A DNA stretch of 64,000 bases, taken from an uncultured Flavobacteriales bacterium (GTDB lineage Bacteria; Bacteroidota; Bacteroidia; Flavobacteriales; UBA1820). The notes under the pieces were generated by a model that did no database searches, was not told the DNA's origin, and was given only the letters and a program-made list of their open reading frames with translations. Within the stretch, counting starts at the first letter, position 1; every line of letters begins with the position of its first letter. Shown piece after piece: positions 31,181-41,932 of the stretch. The stretch lies in assembly GCA_938023515.1 (NCBI GenBank), contig CALJDR010000053.1, positions 28,331 to 92,330 on the forward strand. The letters are read 5' to 3'. A program made the position numbers and the translations under genes.

Positions 31181-32569
31181 ATGAACACATTATTCGACAA
31201 AATATGGGACGCCCATGTGGTGGGAAAAGTAGAAGGCGGTTCCGATATGTTGTACATAGACCGGCAGTATATCCACGAGGTGACCAGCCCTCAGGCTTTC
31301 GAGGGGCTCCGCCGGCGGGGGACGAAAGTTTTCCGTCCTGCACAGGTCACCGCCAGTCCTGACCATAATATCCCGACCGAACATCAGGAACTCCCCCCGC
31401 GAGATCCCCAGTCCCGCGTACAGGTGGAGACTTTGGTGAAGAATTGCCGGGAAAACGGCATCGAACTTTTCGGGGTGGGAACTCCCCGCAACGGCATTAT
31501 CCATGTCGTCGGCCCGCAGACCGGGCTTACCCGGCCGGGGATGACCATCGTGTGCGGGGACAGCCATACTTCTACCCACGGGGCGTTAGGCTGCGTCGCT
31601 TTCGGGATCGGGACCAGCGAAGTGGAAATGGTGTTAGCCTCCCAGTGTGTCCTTCAGGCGAAGCCTAAAACGATGCGTATCAGTGTCGAAGGGAAACTCG
31701 GCAAAGGCGTCGGTGCCAAAGACATCATCCTGTATATCATTTCTAAAATGGGCACAGGAGGCGGTACAGGCCATTTTATCGAGTTCTCCGGGAGCGCCAT
31801 CCGCAGTCTTTCGATGGAAGGGCGGATGACGGTATGCAATATGAGCATCGAAATGGGTGCCCGTGGGGGTATGATAGCTCCGGACGAGGTGACTTTCGAA
31901 TACCTGAAAGGCCGCGAATTTGCCCCGAAAGGGCAAGAGTGGAACCAAGCGGTGGAATATTGGAAAACGCTCCGCAGCGAACCGGACGCTGTGTTCGATA
32001 CGGAAGTTTCGTTCGATGCGGCCGATATTGCTCCGATGATTACCTACGGGACCAATCCCGGTATGGGTCTGGAAATAACCGGCAGCATTCCTTCGGCCGG
32101 ACAATCGGACGAAAAATCCCGCGTTTCTTTTCAGAAAGCGCTGGATTATATGGGATTCCGGGAAGGGGAGCCGATGATCGGCAAAAGGGTGGATTACGTG
32201 TTCGTGGGCAGTTGTACCAACGGCCGGATCGAAGACCTGCGGGCTTTCGCCGCCTATGTGAAAGGAAAAAAGAAGGCGCCGGGCGTAACGGCCTGGATCG
32301 TTCCCGGGAGCAAGGAAGTCGAACGGATAGCTATCGAAGAAGGGATAAAAGACGTGCTGGAAGCCGCCGGATTTGCCCTGCGCCAGCCCGGATGCTCGGC
32401 CTGCCTGGCGATGAACGACGACAAAGTTCCCGCCGGAAAATACTGCGTATCCACCTCGAACCGCAATTTCGAAGGTCGGCAGGGTCCCGGTGCGCGGACG
32501 CTTCTGGCCGGCCCGCTGGTGGCTGCCGCGGCTGCTGTGACCGGAGTAGTGACCGACCCCCGCTCCTAA
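31181..32569 (+). CDS. leuC: 3-isopropylmalate dehydratase, large subunit
   Basis: Aconitase-family motifs ([30 protein letters not shown]). Confidence 0.95.
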   Translation: MNTLFDKIWDAHVVGKVEGGSDMLYIDRQYIHEVTSPQAFEGLRRRGTKVFRPAQVTASPDHNIPTEHQELPPRDPQSRVQVETLVKNCRENGIELFGVGTPRNGIIHVVGPQTGLTRPGMTIVCGDSHTSTHGALGCVAFGIGTSEVEMVLASQCVLQAKPKTMRISVEGKLGKGVGAKDIILYIISKMGTGGGTGHFIEFSGSAIRSLSMEGRMTVCNMSIEMGARGGMIAPDEVTFEYLKGREFAPKGQEWNQAVEYWKTLRSEPDAVFDTEVSFDAADIAPMITYGTNPGMGLEITGSIPSAGQSDEKSRVSFQKALDYMGFREGEPMIGKRVDYVFVGSCTNGRIEDLRAFAAYVKGKKKAPGVTAWIVPGSKEVERIAIEEGIKDVLEAAGFALRQPGCSACLAMNDDKVPAGKYCVSTSNRNFEGRQGPGARTLLAGPLVAAAAAVTGVVTDPRS

Positions 32570-32601
32570 AGATTATCCGACCCATTAAGGAAAGAACGAC
32601 C

Positions 32602-33192
32602 ATGATAGAAAAATTTACCATACTCACCTCCACGGCAGTGCCCGTGAACATAGAGAACATCGATACCGACCAGATCATTCCCGCGCGTTTCCTGAAGGCC
32701 ACGTCCCGGGAAGGCTTCGGGGAAAATCTGTTCCGCGACTGGCGGTACGGCCAGGACGGCGCGCCTAAAGCCGATTTTGTGCTCAATCAGGGGACATACA
32801 AAGGAAAGGTGCTGGTCGCCGGGAAGAACTTCGGCTGCGGCTCCAGCCGGGAACATGCGGCCTGGGCTATCTCTGGCGGCGGCTTCCGGGCGGTGGTGTC
32901 AAGTTTTTTCGCGGATATTTTCCGTGGGAACGCGCTGAACAACGGCCTTTTGCCGGTACAGGTATCTCCTGAATTTTTAGCGGGTATTTTCCGGGCGATC
33001 GAGGCCGATCCTTCCGTGGAAATAACCATCGATCTTCCGGCACAGACCATTACCGTACCGGGCATGGGGAGCGAGCGATTCGAGATCACTGCGTACAAGA
33101 AAGAATGCTTGGTAAATGGCTACGATGATGTGGACTACCTGGTTAGCATGCGCGACAAGGTGGAGGATTTTGAAAAGAAAAGAACGAAATAA
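32602..33192 (+). CDS. leuD: 3-isopropylmalate dehydratase, small subunit
   Basis: Starts [32 protein letters not shown] and contains [13 protein letters not shown]. The 452-aa ORF 31834..33192 in the track is an in-frame run-in through leuC. Confidence 0.9.
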   Translation: MIEKFTILTSTAVPVNIENIDTDQIIPARFLKATSREGFGENLFRDWRYGQDGAPKADFVLNQGTYKGKVLVAGKNFGCGSSREHAAWAISGGGFRAVVSSFFADIFRGNALNNGLLPVQVSPEFLAGIFRAIEADPSVEITIDLPAQTITVPGMGSERFEITAYKKECLVNGYDDVDYLVSMRDKVEDFEKKRTK

Positions 33193-33204
33193 AACCGACG
33201 GACG

Positions 33205-34272
33205 ATGGAATTTAAGATAGGAGTGCTTCCTGGGGACGGGATAGGCCCGGAGATCACGGCCCAGGCCGTAAAAGCAGTGGATGCCGTATGCCGTAAGTTC
33301 GGACATGCCGTAAAATACACTTATGCCCAGGTAGGGGCGGCCGCGATCGATGAATACGGGAATCCGTATCCGGAGCAAACGCATAAAGTGTGCATGGATT
33401 CCGATGCCGTGCTGTTCGGTGCCATCGGCGATCCGCGATTCGACAACGACCCCTCGGCCAAAGTACGGCCCGAGCAAGGACTTCTGGCTATGCGCAAAGC
33501 ATTGGGTCTGTATGCCAATATACGCCCGGTCTCCCCGTTCGCTTCACTGCTTTACCGTTCGCCGCTCCGCAAGGAGATCGTCGAAGGGGCGGATTTCGTG
33601 TTCCTGCGGGAACTCACCGGCGGGATGTATTTCGGCCGTCCGCAAGGACGTTCCGAGGATGGAAAGACGGCTTACGATACCTGCGTTTATTCCCGGGAAG
33701 AGATCGAGCGGATCTGCCGTCTGGCGTTCGATTACGCCATGGGGCGCCGCAAGAAGCTCACAGTAGTGGATAAAGCCAACGTACTGGCTACTTCACGCCT
33801 GTGGCGCCAGACGGTACAGGAAATAGCCCCGGATTATCCCCAAGTCGAGGTAGAATATATGTTTGTCGACAATGCGGCGATGAAGATTATCCAGCAGCCG
33901 TCCCATTTCGATGTGATCGTGACCGAGAATATGTTCGGCGACATCCTTACCGACGAGGCAAGCGTGATCACCGGTTCGCTGGGGCTTCTGCCTTCGGCGT
34001 CCGTAGGGGTGCACACCTCGCTTTTCGAGCCGATACACGGTTCGTATCCGCAGGCGGCCGGGAAAGACATCGCCAATCCGGTAGCGACTATCCTTTCGGC
34101 AGCCATGATGTTCGAATATGCTTTCTCCCTTCCGGAAGAAGGTGCAGCCATCCGTGCAGCGGTAGTCCGTTCGATCGCCGATGGGATCGTGACCGAAGAT
34201 ATCGCCGAGGCAGGCGTGAAGCCGTCCGGCACACAGGCGGTAGGGGATTACATCGCCGGGTTGATCAAATGA
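33205..34272 (+). CDS. leuB: 3-isopropylmalate dehydrogenase
   Basis: [32 protein letters not shown]...GSLG..PSAS. Confidence 0.95.
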   Translation: MEFKIGVLPGDGIGPEITAQAVKAVDAVCRKFGHAVKYTYAQVGAAAIDEYGNPYPEQTHKVCMDSDAVLFGAIGDPRFDNDPSAKVRPEQGLLAMRKALGLYANIRPVSPFASLLYRSPLRKEIVEGADFVFLRELTGGMYFGRPQGRSEDGKTAYDTCVYSREEIERICRLAFDYAMGRRKKLTVVDKANVLATSRLWRQTVQEIAPDYPQVEVEYMFVDNAAMKIIQQPSHFDVIVTENMFGDILTDEASVITGSLGLLPSASVGVHTSLFEPIHGSYPQAAGKDIANPVATILSAAMMFEYAFSLPEEGAAIRAAVVRSIADGIVTEDIAEAGVKPSGTQAVGDYIAGLIK

Positions 34273-34297
34273 ATGTGGTAGTAAAGACTAAGGAATC

Positions 34298-35557
34298 ATG
34301 GATTACGAAAACTATTTTCCGGCCCTTTCCGATGTGATGAAGGCCGAACAGACCCTCTCCGAGATACTGGGGCCTACCCCGCTGCAAAAGAACAGGAACC
34401 TGTCGCAGCAATACGGAGCCAATGTGATGCTCAAACGCGAAGACCTGCAAATGGTCCGTTCGTACAAGATACGGGGGGCGTACAACAAAATAAGATCCCT
34501 TTCCAAGGAAGAAGCTGCCCGGGGCGTGGTTTGCGCCAGCGCGGGCAACCATGCACAGGGAGTAGCCTATTCGTGCAGCAAACTGGGAATCAAGGGGCGG
34601 ATTTTCATGCCTGTCACCACGCCTAAACAAAAGATAGGCCAGGTAAAGATGTTCGGGGGCGATTTTGTGGAAGTGGTGCTCACGGGCGATACGTTCGATG
34701 CGGCCAATAAAGCAGCGATCGAACAGTGCCAAAAAGACGGGATGGTATTTATTCCGCCGTTCGACGATCCTAAAATCGTCGAAGGCCAGGGAACGGTCGG
34801 TTTGGAAATCATTCAGGAAGTAAAAGAACCGATAGATTATGTGTTCGTGCCGCTGGGCGGCGGGGGTCTTATTTCCGGGGTGGGAAGCGTTCTCCGCCAG
34901 ATGAGCCCTTCGACCAAGATCATCGGGGTAGAACCGGCCGGTGCGGCGAGCATGAAGGCTTCGCTGGCCTGTGGCAAAGTGGTCACTCTGGATGAGGTCG
35001 ACAAATTCGTAGACGGGGCTGCGGTGCAGACCGTAGGCGAGCTCACGTTTTCTCTCTGCAAGCGGGTATGCGACGACATTAGCGCCGTACCCGAAGGCAA
35101 GGTATGCACCACGATTCTCAAGCTCTACAATTCGGATGCCATCGTAGTCGAACCGGCCGGGGCTTTGAGCATTAGTGCGCTCGATTTTTACAAGGATGAG
35201 ATAAAGGGCAAAAATGTCGTGTGCATCGTCAGCGGCAGTAACAACGATATCACCCGGATGGAGGAGATCAAGGAGCGTTCGCTGTTGTACGAGGGGCTTA
35301 AACACTACTTCATTGTTCGTTTTCCTCAGCGGAGCGGGGCATTGAAGAGTTTTGTAAGCGATGTGTTAGGTCCTACGGATGATATCACATTCTTCGAGTA
35401 CAAGAAAAAAACGGCCCGTGAAAAAGGCCCTGCAATGATCGGCATCGAGCTGCAGAAAAAAGAAGACTACCAGTCGCTGGTGGAACGTATGCAGCAACAG
35501 GGGATCAAGTATCAGTATATCAACGATAATCTGACGCTTTTCGAGCTGCTTATCTGA
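34298..35557 (+). CDS. ilvA: threonine ammonia-lyase (biosynthetic type, single regulatory domain)
   Basis: PLP site LQ.VRSYKIRGA, GNHAQGVA, GGGGLISG and a C-terminal ACT-like domain. Confidence 0.9.
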   Translation: MDYENYFPALSDVMKAEQTLSEILGPTPLQKNRNLSQQYGANVMLKREDLQMVRSYKIRGAYNKIRSLSKEEAARGVVCASAGNHAQGVAYSCSKLGIKGRIFMPVTTPKQKIGQVKMFGGDFVEVVLTGDTFDAANKAAIEQCQKDGMVFIPPFDDPKIVEGQGTVGLEIIQEVKEPIDYVFVPLGGGGLISGVGSVLRQMSPSTKIIGVEPAGAASMKASLACGKVVTLDEVDKFVDGAAVQTVGELTFSLCKRVCDDISAVPEGKVCTTILKLYNSDAIVVEPAGALSISALDFYKDEIKGKNVVCIVSGSNNDITRMEEIKERSLLYEGLKHYFIVRFPQRSGALKSFVSDVLGPTDDITFFEYKKKTAREKGPAMIGIELQKKEDYQSLVERMQQQGIKYQYINDNLTLFELLI

Positions 35558-35675
35558 TCGCCGGCACTGTGATTCGCCAAAAATTGATAAGGGAATATCC
35601 CTGGAAATTTTTTGGTTGTAAACTTTCGGCTCTTTATATTTGCAATCCCATACACGGTATGGGAAAAGTCAGATT

Positions 35676-35751
35676 GCGGAAATAGCTCAGTTGGTAGAGC
35701 ACGACCTTCCCAAGGTCGGGGTCGCGGGTTCGAGCCCCGTTTTCCGCTCCA
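35676..35751 (+). tRNA. tRNA-Gly (anticodon CCC), CCA encoded
   Basis: GCGGAAATAGCTCAGTTGGTAGAGCACGACCTTCCCAAGGTCGGGGTCGCGGGTTCGAGCCCCGTTTTCCGCTCCA gives a full 76-nt cloverleaf with anticodon loop TTCCCAA. Confidence 0.9.
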
Positions 35752-35797
35752 GAGGCCAAGACAGTAAAAGGCGCTGTCGGGCCAAAAAGTCAGAAAA

Positions 35798-35828
35798 CCC
35801 TTTGAAACGATGTTTCAGAGGGTTTTTT
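35798..35828 (+). terminator. rho-independent terminator after tRNA-Gly
   Basis: 11-bp stem ccctttgaaac/gtttcagaggg (one G-U pair), loop gat, then T6. Confidence 0.65.
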
Positions 35829-36047
35829 CATACCTTCTCCCAAGACATCGGCAGACACCGAAAAGCCATTTTCGGACAACTTAGTGTTCCATAACTGTAC
35901 CCCTTGAAGAAAATAACCCTTCAGGGGGGACAGTTGAGACGCAAAAGGGGGACACTTACCCTTGCTAATTGTTGTTCATCAGACAATTACTTGTTTTAAA
36001 CTGTTTTGAATCGGTTTACCTAATCTTAATTAAATGACAGGTAAACT

Positions 36048-37280
36048 ATGAACAGTACATTCAGAATCCTCTTCTATGCAAGATGGGAAAAGAAAAAAGA
36101 GAACGGTCGAGTTCCCCTACAAGCGCGTATCACTCTCGATGGTGACAAAGTAAAATTCAGCCTTAAAGTTGATGTATCGCCAGACATCTGGGATCCCAAG
36201 GCCGGTAAAGCCACCGGACAAACAAAAGATGCTCTCCAATTGAACCGTTATCTTGACAGCGTCAAAGGGCAAATTATCACACATTATCATCGACTGGCCG
36301 AGGCTAACGAGGTTGTCACTGCCCACATGATAAAGGATGCCTTTCTCGGAACCAATGTCAAAACCAACACACTACTGGATGTCTTTACTGAGTTCAACGA
36401 CCGCCAAGAAAAACTGATCGGGATCGACCTCGCTCAATCCACATTCAATAAATACGACCTGACTTATCGCCGGCTTCAGGAGTTTCTGAAAGTCAAACTC
36501 AAGAAAACCGATATTCTGCTCGGGCAAGTAGACCAGAACTTTGTTCTCGATTTCGAGGCTTACCTCAAAACCGAATACCGGCTCGACACTAACTCATCCG
36601 AGAAGCTGATGCGTATTTTCAAACGCATTACCACGATGTGCTTCCGCAACGGCCAGATGTCGCGCGATCCGTTCTGCGGCCACCAACTCAAAAAGGTCAA
36701 GAAAGACCGGGGCTATCTGACCAAAGCCGAATTGGAATCCATTCTTGACTTCACGCCCGACAGTAAACGATTGGAAAAGGTGCGCGACATCTTCCTGTTC
36801 TGTTGCTTCACTGGCTTCGATTACTCGACGACGGCTGCGCTGACCGAGAAACACATTGTAATGGATGACGACGGTAACCAATGGATCGAAACGCACCGCA
36901 TTAAAACTGGGACTCCGTTGAAAGTCAAATTGCTCGATATTCCGCTCTCCATCATCCGAAAATATGAAGCTACACGCGATGGGGATTTCCTGCTGCCGGT
37001 GATGAGCAATGCCAAGTACAACCTCTACCTAAAGGAGATCGCCTCGGCCTGCGGGATCGAAAAGCGTGTAACCTCGCACCTCGCGCGGCATACTTTCGCC
37101 ACGACGGTCACTTATGCGAACGGTGTGTCGATCGAATCGATCAGCAAGATGCTCGGCCACACCAAGATCAGTACGACCCAGATCTATGCCCGTATTGTCG
37201 ATAAAACCGTTAGCGATGAGATGGATAGTCTTGCCGAAAAACTCAGCAATACTCGACTCGGCAAAACTGAAGTGATTTGA
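36048..37280 (+). CDS. tyrosine-type site-specific integrase (Bacteroides CTn/mobilizable-element type)
   Basis: N-terminal arm-binding domain (FRILFYARW...GRVPLQARITLDG). Catalytic HLARHTFAT and LGHTKISTTQIYARI. Confidence 0.85.
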   Translation: MNSTFRILFYARWEKKKENGRVPLQARITLDGDKVKFSLKVDVSPDIWDPKAGKATGQTKDALQLNRYLDSVKGQIITHYHRLAEANEVVTAHMIKDAFLGTNVKTNTLLDVFTEFNDRQEKLIGIDLAQSTFNKYDLTYRRLQEFLKVKLKKTDILLGQVDQNFVLDFEAYLKTEYRLDTNSSEKLMRIFKRITTMCFRNGQMSRDPFCGHQLKKVKKDRGYLTKAELESILDFTPDSKRLEKVRDIFLFCCFTGFDYSTTAALTEKHIVMDDDGNQWIETHRIKTGTPLKVKLLDIPLSIIRKYEATRDGDFLLPVMSNAKYNLYLKEIASACGIEKRVTSHLARHTFATTVTYANGVSIESISKMLGHTKISTTQIYARIVDKTVSDEMDSLAEKLSNTRLGKTEVI

Positions 37281-37281
37281 T

Positions 37282-38541
37282 TCACGTTGCCGTTGCAGTC
37301 GATAATATGTTGCCAATATCCCGTTTATACTGTTGCTCGAAATCCGCTAAATAATTCTCTGTTGTCAACACGCTAGTATGTCCCAATCCTTTAGATATGT
37401 AGGGAATCGGGACGCCATTATGCATTAATATGGTCGCCCAGGTATGACGGGCGACCATCGAAGTAACGCATTTTTCGATGTTGAGTATCTTGGCGATACG
37501 TTTCATCGTATTGTTAATCACACGTAAAGCGAATCTGTTTGCTGTAACTTTATCTTCGGCGGTCATCGTTTCATCGAAGATACCGAACAGATAGGCATCC
37601 TTATTCTTTTTGCTGCACACAGCCCAGCGATCGATGATTTGTTTAGCTTCTGGGGTCAGGAAGATTTCGACATTCTCTTCCCTGCGACACATATACTTGG
37701 TCTTCTCCCGGATAAAGTAGAGAAAATCATTGTCGACATTGCTCCATTTCAAATTGAAAATATCATTCATATTCATCCCGTTGCAATAAAAGCTCAGCAG
37801 CCACATATCTCTTGCCCATTCTTCTTTTTCGGTTGACCGGTAGTTCTTGATTAGCATGAGTTCACTGTGGAGCAGAGACTTTTTCTTTCGGCGCGATGAG
37901 GGAATTTCGTATTTATTGTGGGCGCGGCGGCCGAATGGGTAATCGAAGGAAGAAATCACTCCTGCACGCTTAGCCATATTCACAATAGCTTTCAAATGTC
38001 GCATCCGGATTCCGACGGTCGACTTCTTGCAGCCGCTGTCCAACATTATTTGTTCGTACTTATAGAGGAATTTCGTGGTTATCTGGTGAAATTTCAGATG
38101 TTTTCGGTAACACTGCAAAGAGGCCATGACGTTCTCGTAAATCTTGGCCGTCCCGACGCGATTTTCTTTTTTCAGTTGCTCTATTTTGACCTGAAAGGTG
38201 GCGTAAGCATCAGTGACATCATATTTATTTTTTCGGGCGGTTCCGAACATGTGTTCCTCAAAATCATCGAACGAAAAATCTTCACTTAGGACCCGAATGA
38301 GTTTTCGGGCCTTGGACAGTATTTCCAGCACGTGATCTTTTTTTTGTCGCACGGTTGGATAAGCGGTTTCGGAATTGATTTTCGACCATTCGTCTGGGGT
38401 GACTTTAATGTTGGTCGGATAGCTCTTTTTTGATTTCGGGTTCTGGTAGAGAAAAAGTCTCAGGTGAAATTCTCCACTTTTTAATAGCCGTCTGTAGTCA
38501 GGCCGGATTGTAGCGGAAATGCAATGTAAATGGGATTTCAT
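37282..38541 (-). CDS. tyrosine-type site-specific integrase
   Basis: Catalytic MVARHTWAT and LGHTSVLTTENYLAD. The internal ATG at 38541 (MKSHLHCISATIRPDY...) is preferred over the upstream ORF start at 38652. Tail-to-tail with the previous integrase, with a 1-nt spacer. Confidence 0.8.
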   Translation of the reverse strand: MKSHLHCISATIRPDYRRLLKSGEFHLRLFLYQNPKSKKSYPTNIKVTPDEWSKINSETAYPTVRQKKDHVLEILSKARKLIRVLSEDFSFDDFEEHMFGTARKNKYDVTDAYATFQVKIEQLKKENRVGTAKIYENVMASLQCYRKHLKFHQITTKFLYKYEQIMLDSGCKKSTVGIRMRHLKAIVNMAKRAGVISSFDYPFGRRAHNKYEIPSSRRKKKSLLHSELMLIKNYRSTEKEEWARDMWLLSFYCNGMNMNDIFNLKWSNVDNDFLYFIREKTKYMCRREENVEIFLTPEAKQIIDRWAVCSKKNKDAYLFGIFDETMTAEDKVTANRFALRVINNTMKRIAKILNIEKCVTSMVARHTWATILMHNGVPIPYISKGLGHTSVLTTENYLADFEQQYKRDIGNILSTATAT

Positions 38542-39034
38542 TTTATGTTTTTGAGGGGTTTGAACACCGGAGGCATTTATATCAGGTGCCTCCAGAATGT
38601 GCCTCAAAAATACGCCAAACAAAATTAATTCCAGGCACCTTTCTAGTTCCAAAAAGAATACATTAGTCTATTTATGAGCAACTTGTAATTCTAATAATAT
38701 ACGAACAATATACGAACCTGACTCATAATCAGAGGGTCGTTAATTAAAAAATACAAAACAGGACAAAAAAATGCAACATTTTGCCCTGTTTTTTTATGTA
38801 GGTATTGGGCTTGGATTCATTTTTATTTGCATTTGTTTATAACTGTTTCCATACGAACAAAAATGCAATGATCATGGTTTTTTGCTAAGAGTCAAGAACA
38901 TCGTGATCTTATTCTGCGAACAATATTCGAAAATAATCGAACGATTGTAAACCATTTTCTGCTGTTTCCTCTATTCCTCATTGTAAGAGTGCAACTCTTT
39001 CAATTACGGATGTTTAACAGTAAAACACAGAATT

Positions 39035-39379
39035 ATGTACCTGTTTAAAAGAGATGGTATCAGTATTAGACCAGTATTGGATATGAGAATCGAAAATGTG
39101 AGAAGGTGTTTCCCTATTCGAATTTGTGTGATTTATCACCGAAAGTCAAAGTACTATTCAACCGGGGAGTCATCATCAACATACGATTGGGCTCGTTTTT
39201 TCGTGAGCCGTCGAAAAGACCTGGCGATATCTCGTCAAAGAGTGGTCAAGCGTTTCGAAATGATCGTTGATATCACTAGTGGTCTTATGGAACAGCAAAT
39301 CTTTTCTTTCGACAACCTCAAAGCCGAATTATTCAAACGGACGTCACCGTCTTACAATCTCAATCACATGGAAGAGTAA
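39035..39379 (+). pseudogene. N-terminal (arm-binding) fragment of a third integrase
   Basis: ISIRPVLDMR...CFPIRICVIYHRKSKYYSTGESSSTYDW resembles the N-terminus of the neighbouring integrases (ATIRPDYRR...FHLRLFLYQN...SYPTNIKVTPDEW). No catalytic domain follows. Confidence 0.4.
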
Positions 39380-39567
39380 AGTTGGCATAGTTACGAAGAT
39401 TGGATAAATTAATAACGATATATAACAATACCCCAAAATCTAAACCCTGTCTATTTTATAGGCAGGGCTTTCTTTATGTTCATACAGTTATAACCTACAA
39501 ATATGTGGAAAGAATGTTGCGAATTAACATTTGCATAGGAACATAGCAAAATCAAGGGTCCAAACTG

Positions 39568-41928
39568 CTATATTGCTGACTGGTATAAGTATCTTTGAAA
39601 AGTCAGGAATGTTTCACGCACGTTTTCAATGCTCCCCAACTCGTTTATTCCTTCGTTAACCGATCCAAATTTCATTTGTAAAAGCACAGGTAGTTTTTCA
39701 AAAGATAGTTCTGTAACACCTGCTTCTATATATTTATTTAAAATAAAATCAATGAAATCCTTTTGTTGTGCGGATAATACGGGATACAAATGAGATGCGG
39801 CAAAGTCAGCGCGTTCGGAACGCTCAATCGGCGTGGTTGCATATGCTATATATTCAAGGACATCGAAAAGATCGCTTTTTTCTGCATTTATCAATTTCTG
39901 TACTTCCCTGAGAACTTCTATACCATAGCCCGCGTCCTGCATCTTAGTCAATAATCCTTCCCTTGTTGTGGGATCACACCATAATGTTCGTAATTCCTGT
40001 TCGTCCTTGAAAAATTCGGGAAGCTTTCCAAAAAGGGTCTCTAGGAATTGTTCCGCAGTAACAGGCCTCCCGTCAACCCAAAACAGGTCACTCCGTATGT
40101 GCCTTATCTGGCGGACGCGACCGTCTGAAAGTGCAATTTTCAGTTTCTCTTTAGGTGGGCAGGTGCAGGGGTCGTTGCCGCACTCTTTACATGTTCGGTC
40201 TTTGTCGCAGGTGCATGGTCTCTCGCCGCATACCGGGCATGGGGGCGTCGGTGATTTAGAGCCGCCTTTGCATGTGCATGGAGTATTTCCGCACTTGGTA
40301 CATACCGGCTCTCCGTCCCAGCTGGGGTCGTTGAATTTTTCGTAGGCTTTTACAAAATCATAAATGGTAAAGTAATGTTTGCCGTCATATAGCCTTGTCC
40401 CACGCCCTATAATTTGTTTGAACTCCACGATAGAGTGTATGGGACGTAACAAAACTATATTCCGTATGTTTAATGCGTCTACACCGGTCGATAATTTATG
40501 GGAAGTTGTTAAGATGGTGGGAATGGTCCGTTCATTATCTTGAAATTCACGCAGGTATTTTTCTCCTGTTTCGCCGTCGTTTGCTGTAACCCTGACACAG
40601 TAAAATGGATTTCTGCTTTTACTTTCTTGGTTGATAATATCTCGGATTGCAGCAGCATGGGGCTGATTATAACAAAACACTAGCGTTTTTTCATGCTTCC
40701 CGATGTACTGCATGAATTCTTTAACCCGGGCGACATCTCTTGCACGTATTTCTATGTTACCCTGATAGAAGTCATTTTCGGTGTACGTCTTGCTCTCTTC
40801 TACTTCTCCGCTTAGGACAACGTCATCCGGCTGATAGATGTAATCATCGATATTACTTTGCATCTTGACATGACGGAACGGGGTAAGAAAGCCTTCTTCG
40901 ATACCTTGTTTGAGGGAATATGTGTAAACTGGCTCGCCGAAATAGTTATATGTATCGGCATTAACATCCCTGCGGGGTGTCGCGGTCAAACCTAATTGAA
41001 CTGCCGGAGAGAAATATTCGAGGATGTAACGCCAATTGCTTTCGTCTTTTGCTCCGCCTCTGTGGCATTCGTCTATGACAATGAAGTCAAAGAAATCAGG
41101 TGGATATTGGCCGAAGTTGGGTTTACCGTCGCCTGTCTGGAATGTCTGAAATATGGTGAAGAAAACGCTCCCGTTAGTTGGAACGCGGCCTTTCTTCTTT
41201 ATGCTTTTGGGGCTGATCCTGACCAGCGCATCGTCTGGAAAACCTCCGAAGCCATTAAATGCCTGATCGGCAAGTATATTTCTGTCTGCCAGAAATAAAA
41301 TACGCGGACGCAGATTGTTCTTGGCCAGATTCCAGCGGGTTTGGAAGAGTTTCCATGCGATCTGGAAGGCGATAAATGTTTTGCCGGTTCCGGTTGCCAA
41401 GGTCAGGAGCAAACGGTTTTTGTCTCCAGCAATACCTTCGAGGACCCGGTTGACGGCAGCTTCCTGAAAATAATACGGGGATTTGCCTCCTGACGTATAG
41501 AATGGTTGCTCATTAAATGTGTCGCGCCAGTAGTCGGTCGTGTAACCGAAGGTTTTACCCCATAATTCATCCGGTGACGGGTAATTATCGCAGGGACCTT
41601 CTTCGCCCGTATCCATGTCGATGGCGTAGATCTCATCTCCGTTAGTGGCGAATGTAAAACGGATTCCCATCATCCGGGCATACAACTTGGCTTGCATTAC
41701 GCCCTCACCGACATGCTTTTCGTCACTCTTAGCCTCGACAATAGCCAACTTAGACCCTTTATAGCTGAGGATATAATCGGCTATAAGAGGCCTCTCTCTT
41801 CTGGTGCCCTGTATTTTACCTTTGGTAATGTTCTGCTGAGTAAGGATGCGGCTGTTCCCGACCTTTCCCCACCCGGCAGCTTCCATGCTGGGCACAACTT
41901 TTTCGAGGCATGTCTGAGCTTCGTTCAT
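39568..41928 (-). CDS. hsdR: type I restriction enzyme, R subunit
   Basis: N-terminal PD-(D/E)xK nuclease (ADYILSY...IVEAKSDEK). SF2 helicase motifs (LATGTGKTF, VIDECHRG, TATP). C-terminal EcoEI_R_C-like domain. Confidence 0.9.
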   Translation of the reverse strand: MNEAQTCLEKVVPSMEAAGWGKVGNSRILTQQNITKGKIQGTRRERPLIADYILSYKGSKLAIVEAKSDEKHVGEGVMQAKLYARMMGIRFTFATNGDEIYAIDMDTGEEGPCDNYPSPDELWGKTFGYTTDYWRDTFNEQPFYTSGGKSPYYFQEAAVNRVLEGIAGDKNRLLLTLATGTGKTFIAFQIAWKLFQTRWNLAKNNLRPRILFLADRNILADQAFNGFGGFPDDALVRISPKSIKKKGRVPTNGSVFFTIFQTFQTGDGKPNFGQYPPDFFDFIVIDECHRGGAKDESNWRYILEYFSPAVQLGLTATPRRDVNADTYNYFGEPVYTYSLKQGIEEGFLTPFRHVKMQSNIDDYIYQPDDVVLSGEVEESKTYTENDFYQGNIEIRARDVARVKEFMQYIGKHEKTLVFCYNQPHAAAIRDIINQESKSRNPFYCVRVTANDGETGEKYLREFQDNERTIPTILTTSHKLSTGVDALNIRNIVLLRPIHSIVEFKQIIGRGTRLYDGKHYFTIYDFVKAYEKFNDPSWDGEPVCTKCGNTPCTCKGGSKSPTPPCPVCGERPCTCDKDRTCKECGNDPCTCPPKEKLKIALSDGRVRQIRHIRSDLFWVDGRPVTAEQFLETLFGKLPEFFKDEQELRTLWCDPTTREGLLTKMQDAGYGIEVLREVQKLINAEKSDLFDVLEYIAYATTPIERSERADFAASHLYPVLSAQQKDFIDFILNKYIEAGVTELSFEKLPVLLQMKFGSVNEGINELGSIENVRETFLTFQRYLYQSAI

Positions 41929-41932
41929 GCGG

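Noticed and set aside
31834-33192. A 452-aa ORF spanning the 3' half of leuC and all of leuD.
   Set aside because: Only the last 196 codons (from ATG 32602, [10 protein letters not shown]...) look like LeuD. The upstream part is an out-of-frame read through leuC with an Arg/Gly-rich nonsense translation.
38542-38652. A 37-codon N-terminal extension of the second integrase (MELERCLELILFGVFLRHILEAPDINASGVQTPQKHK).
   Set aside because: It has no similarity to integrase N-termini. The internal Met gives a start (MKSHLHCISATIRPDY..) comparable to the paralogues.
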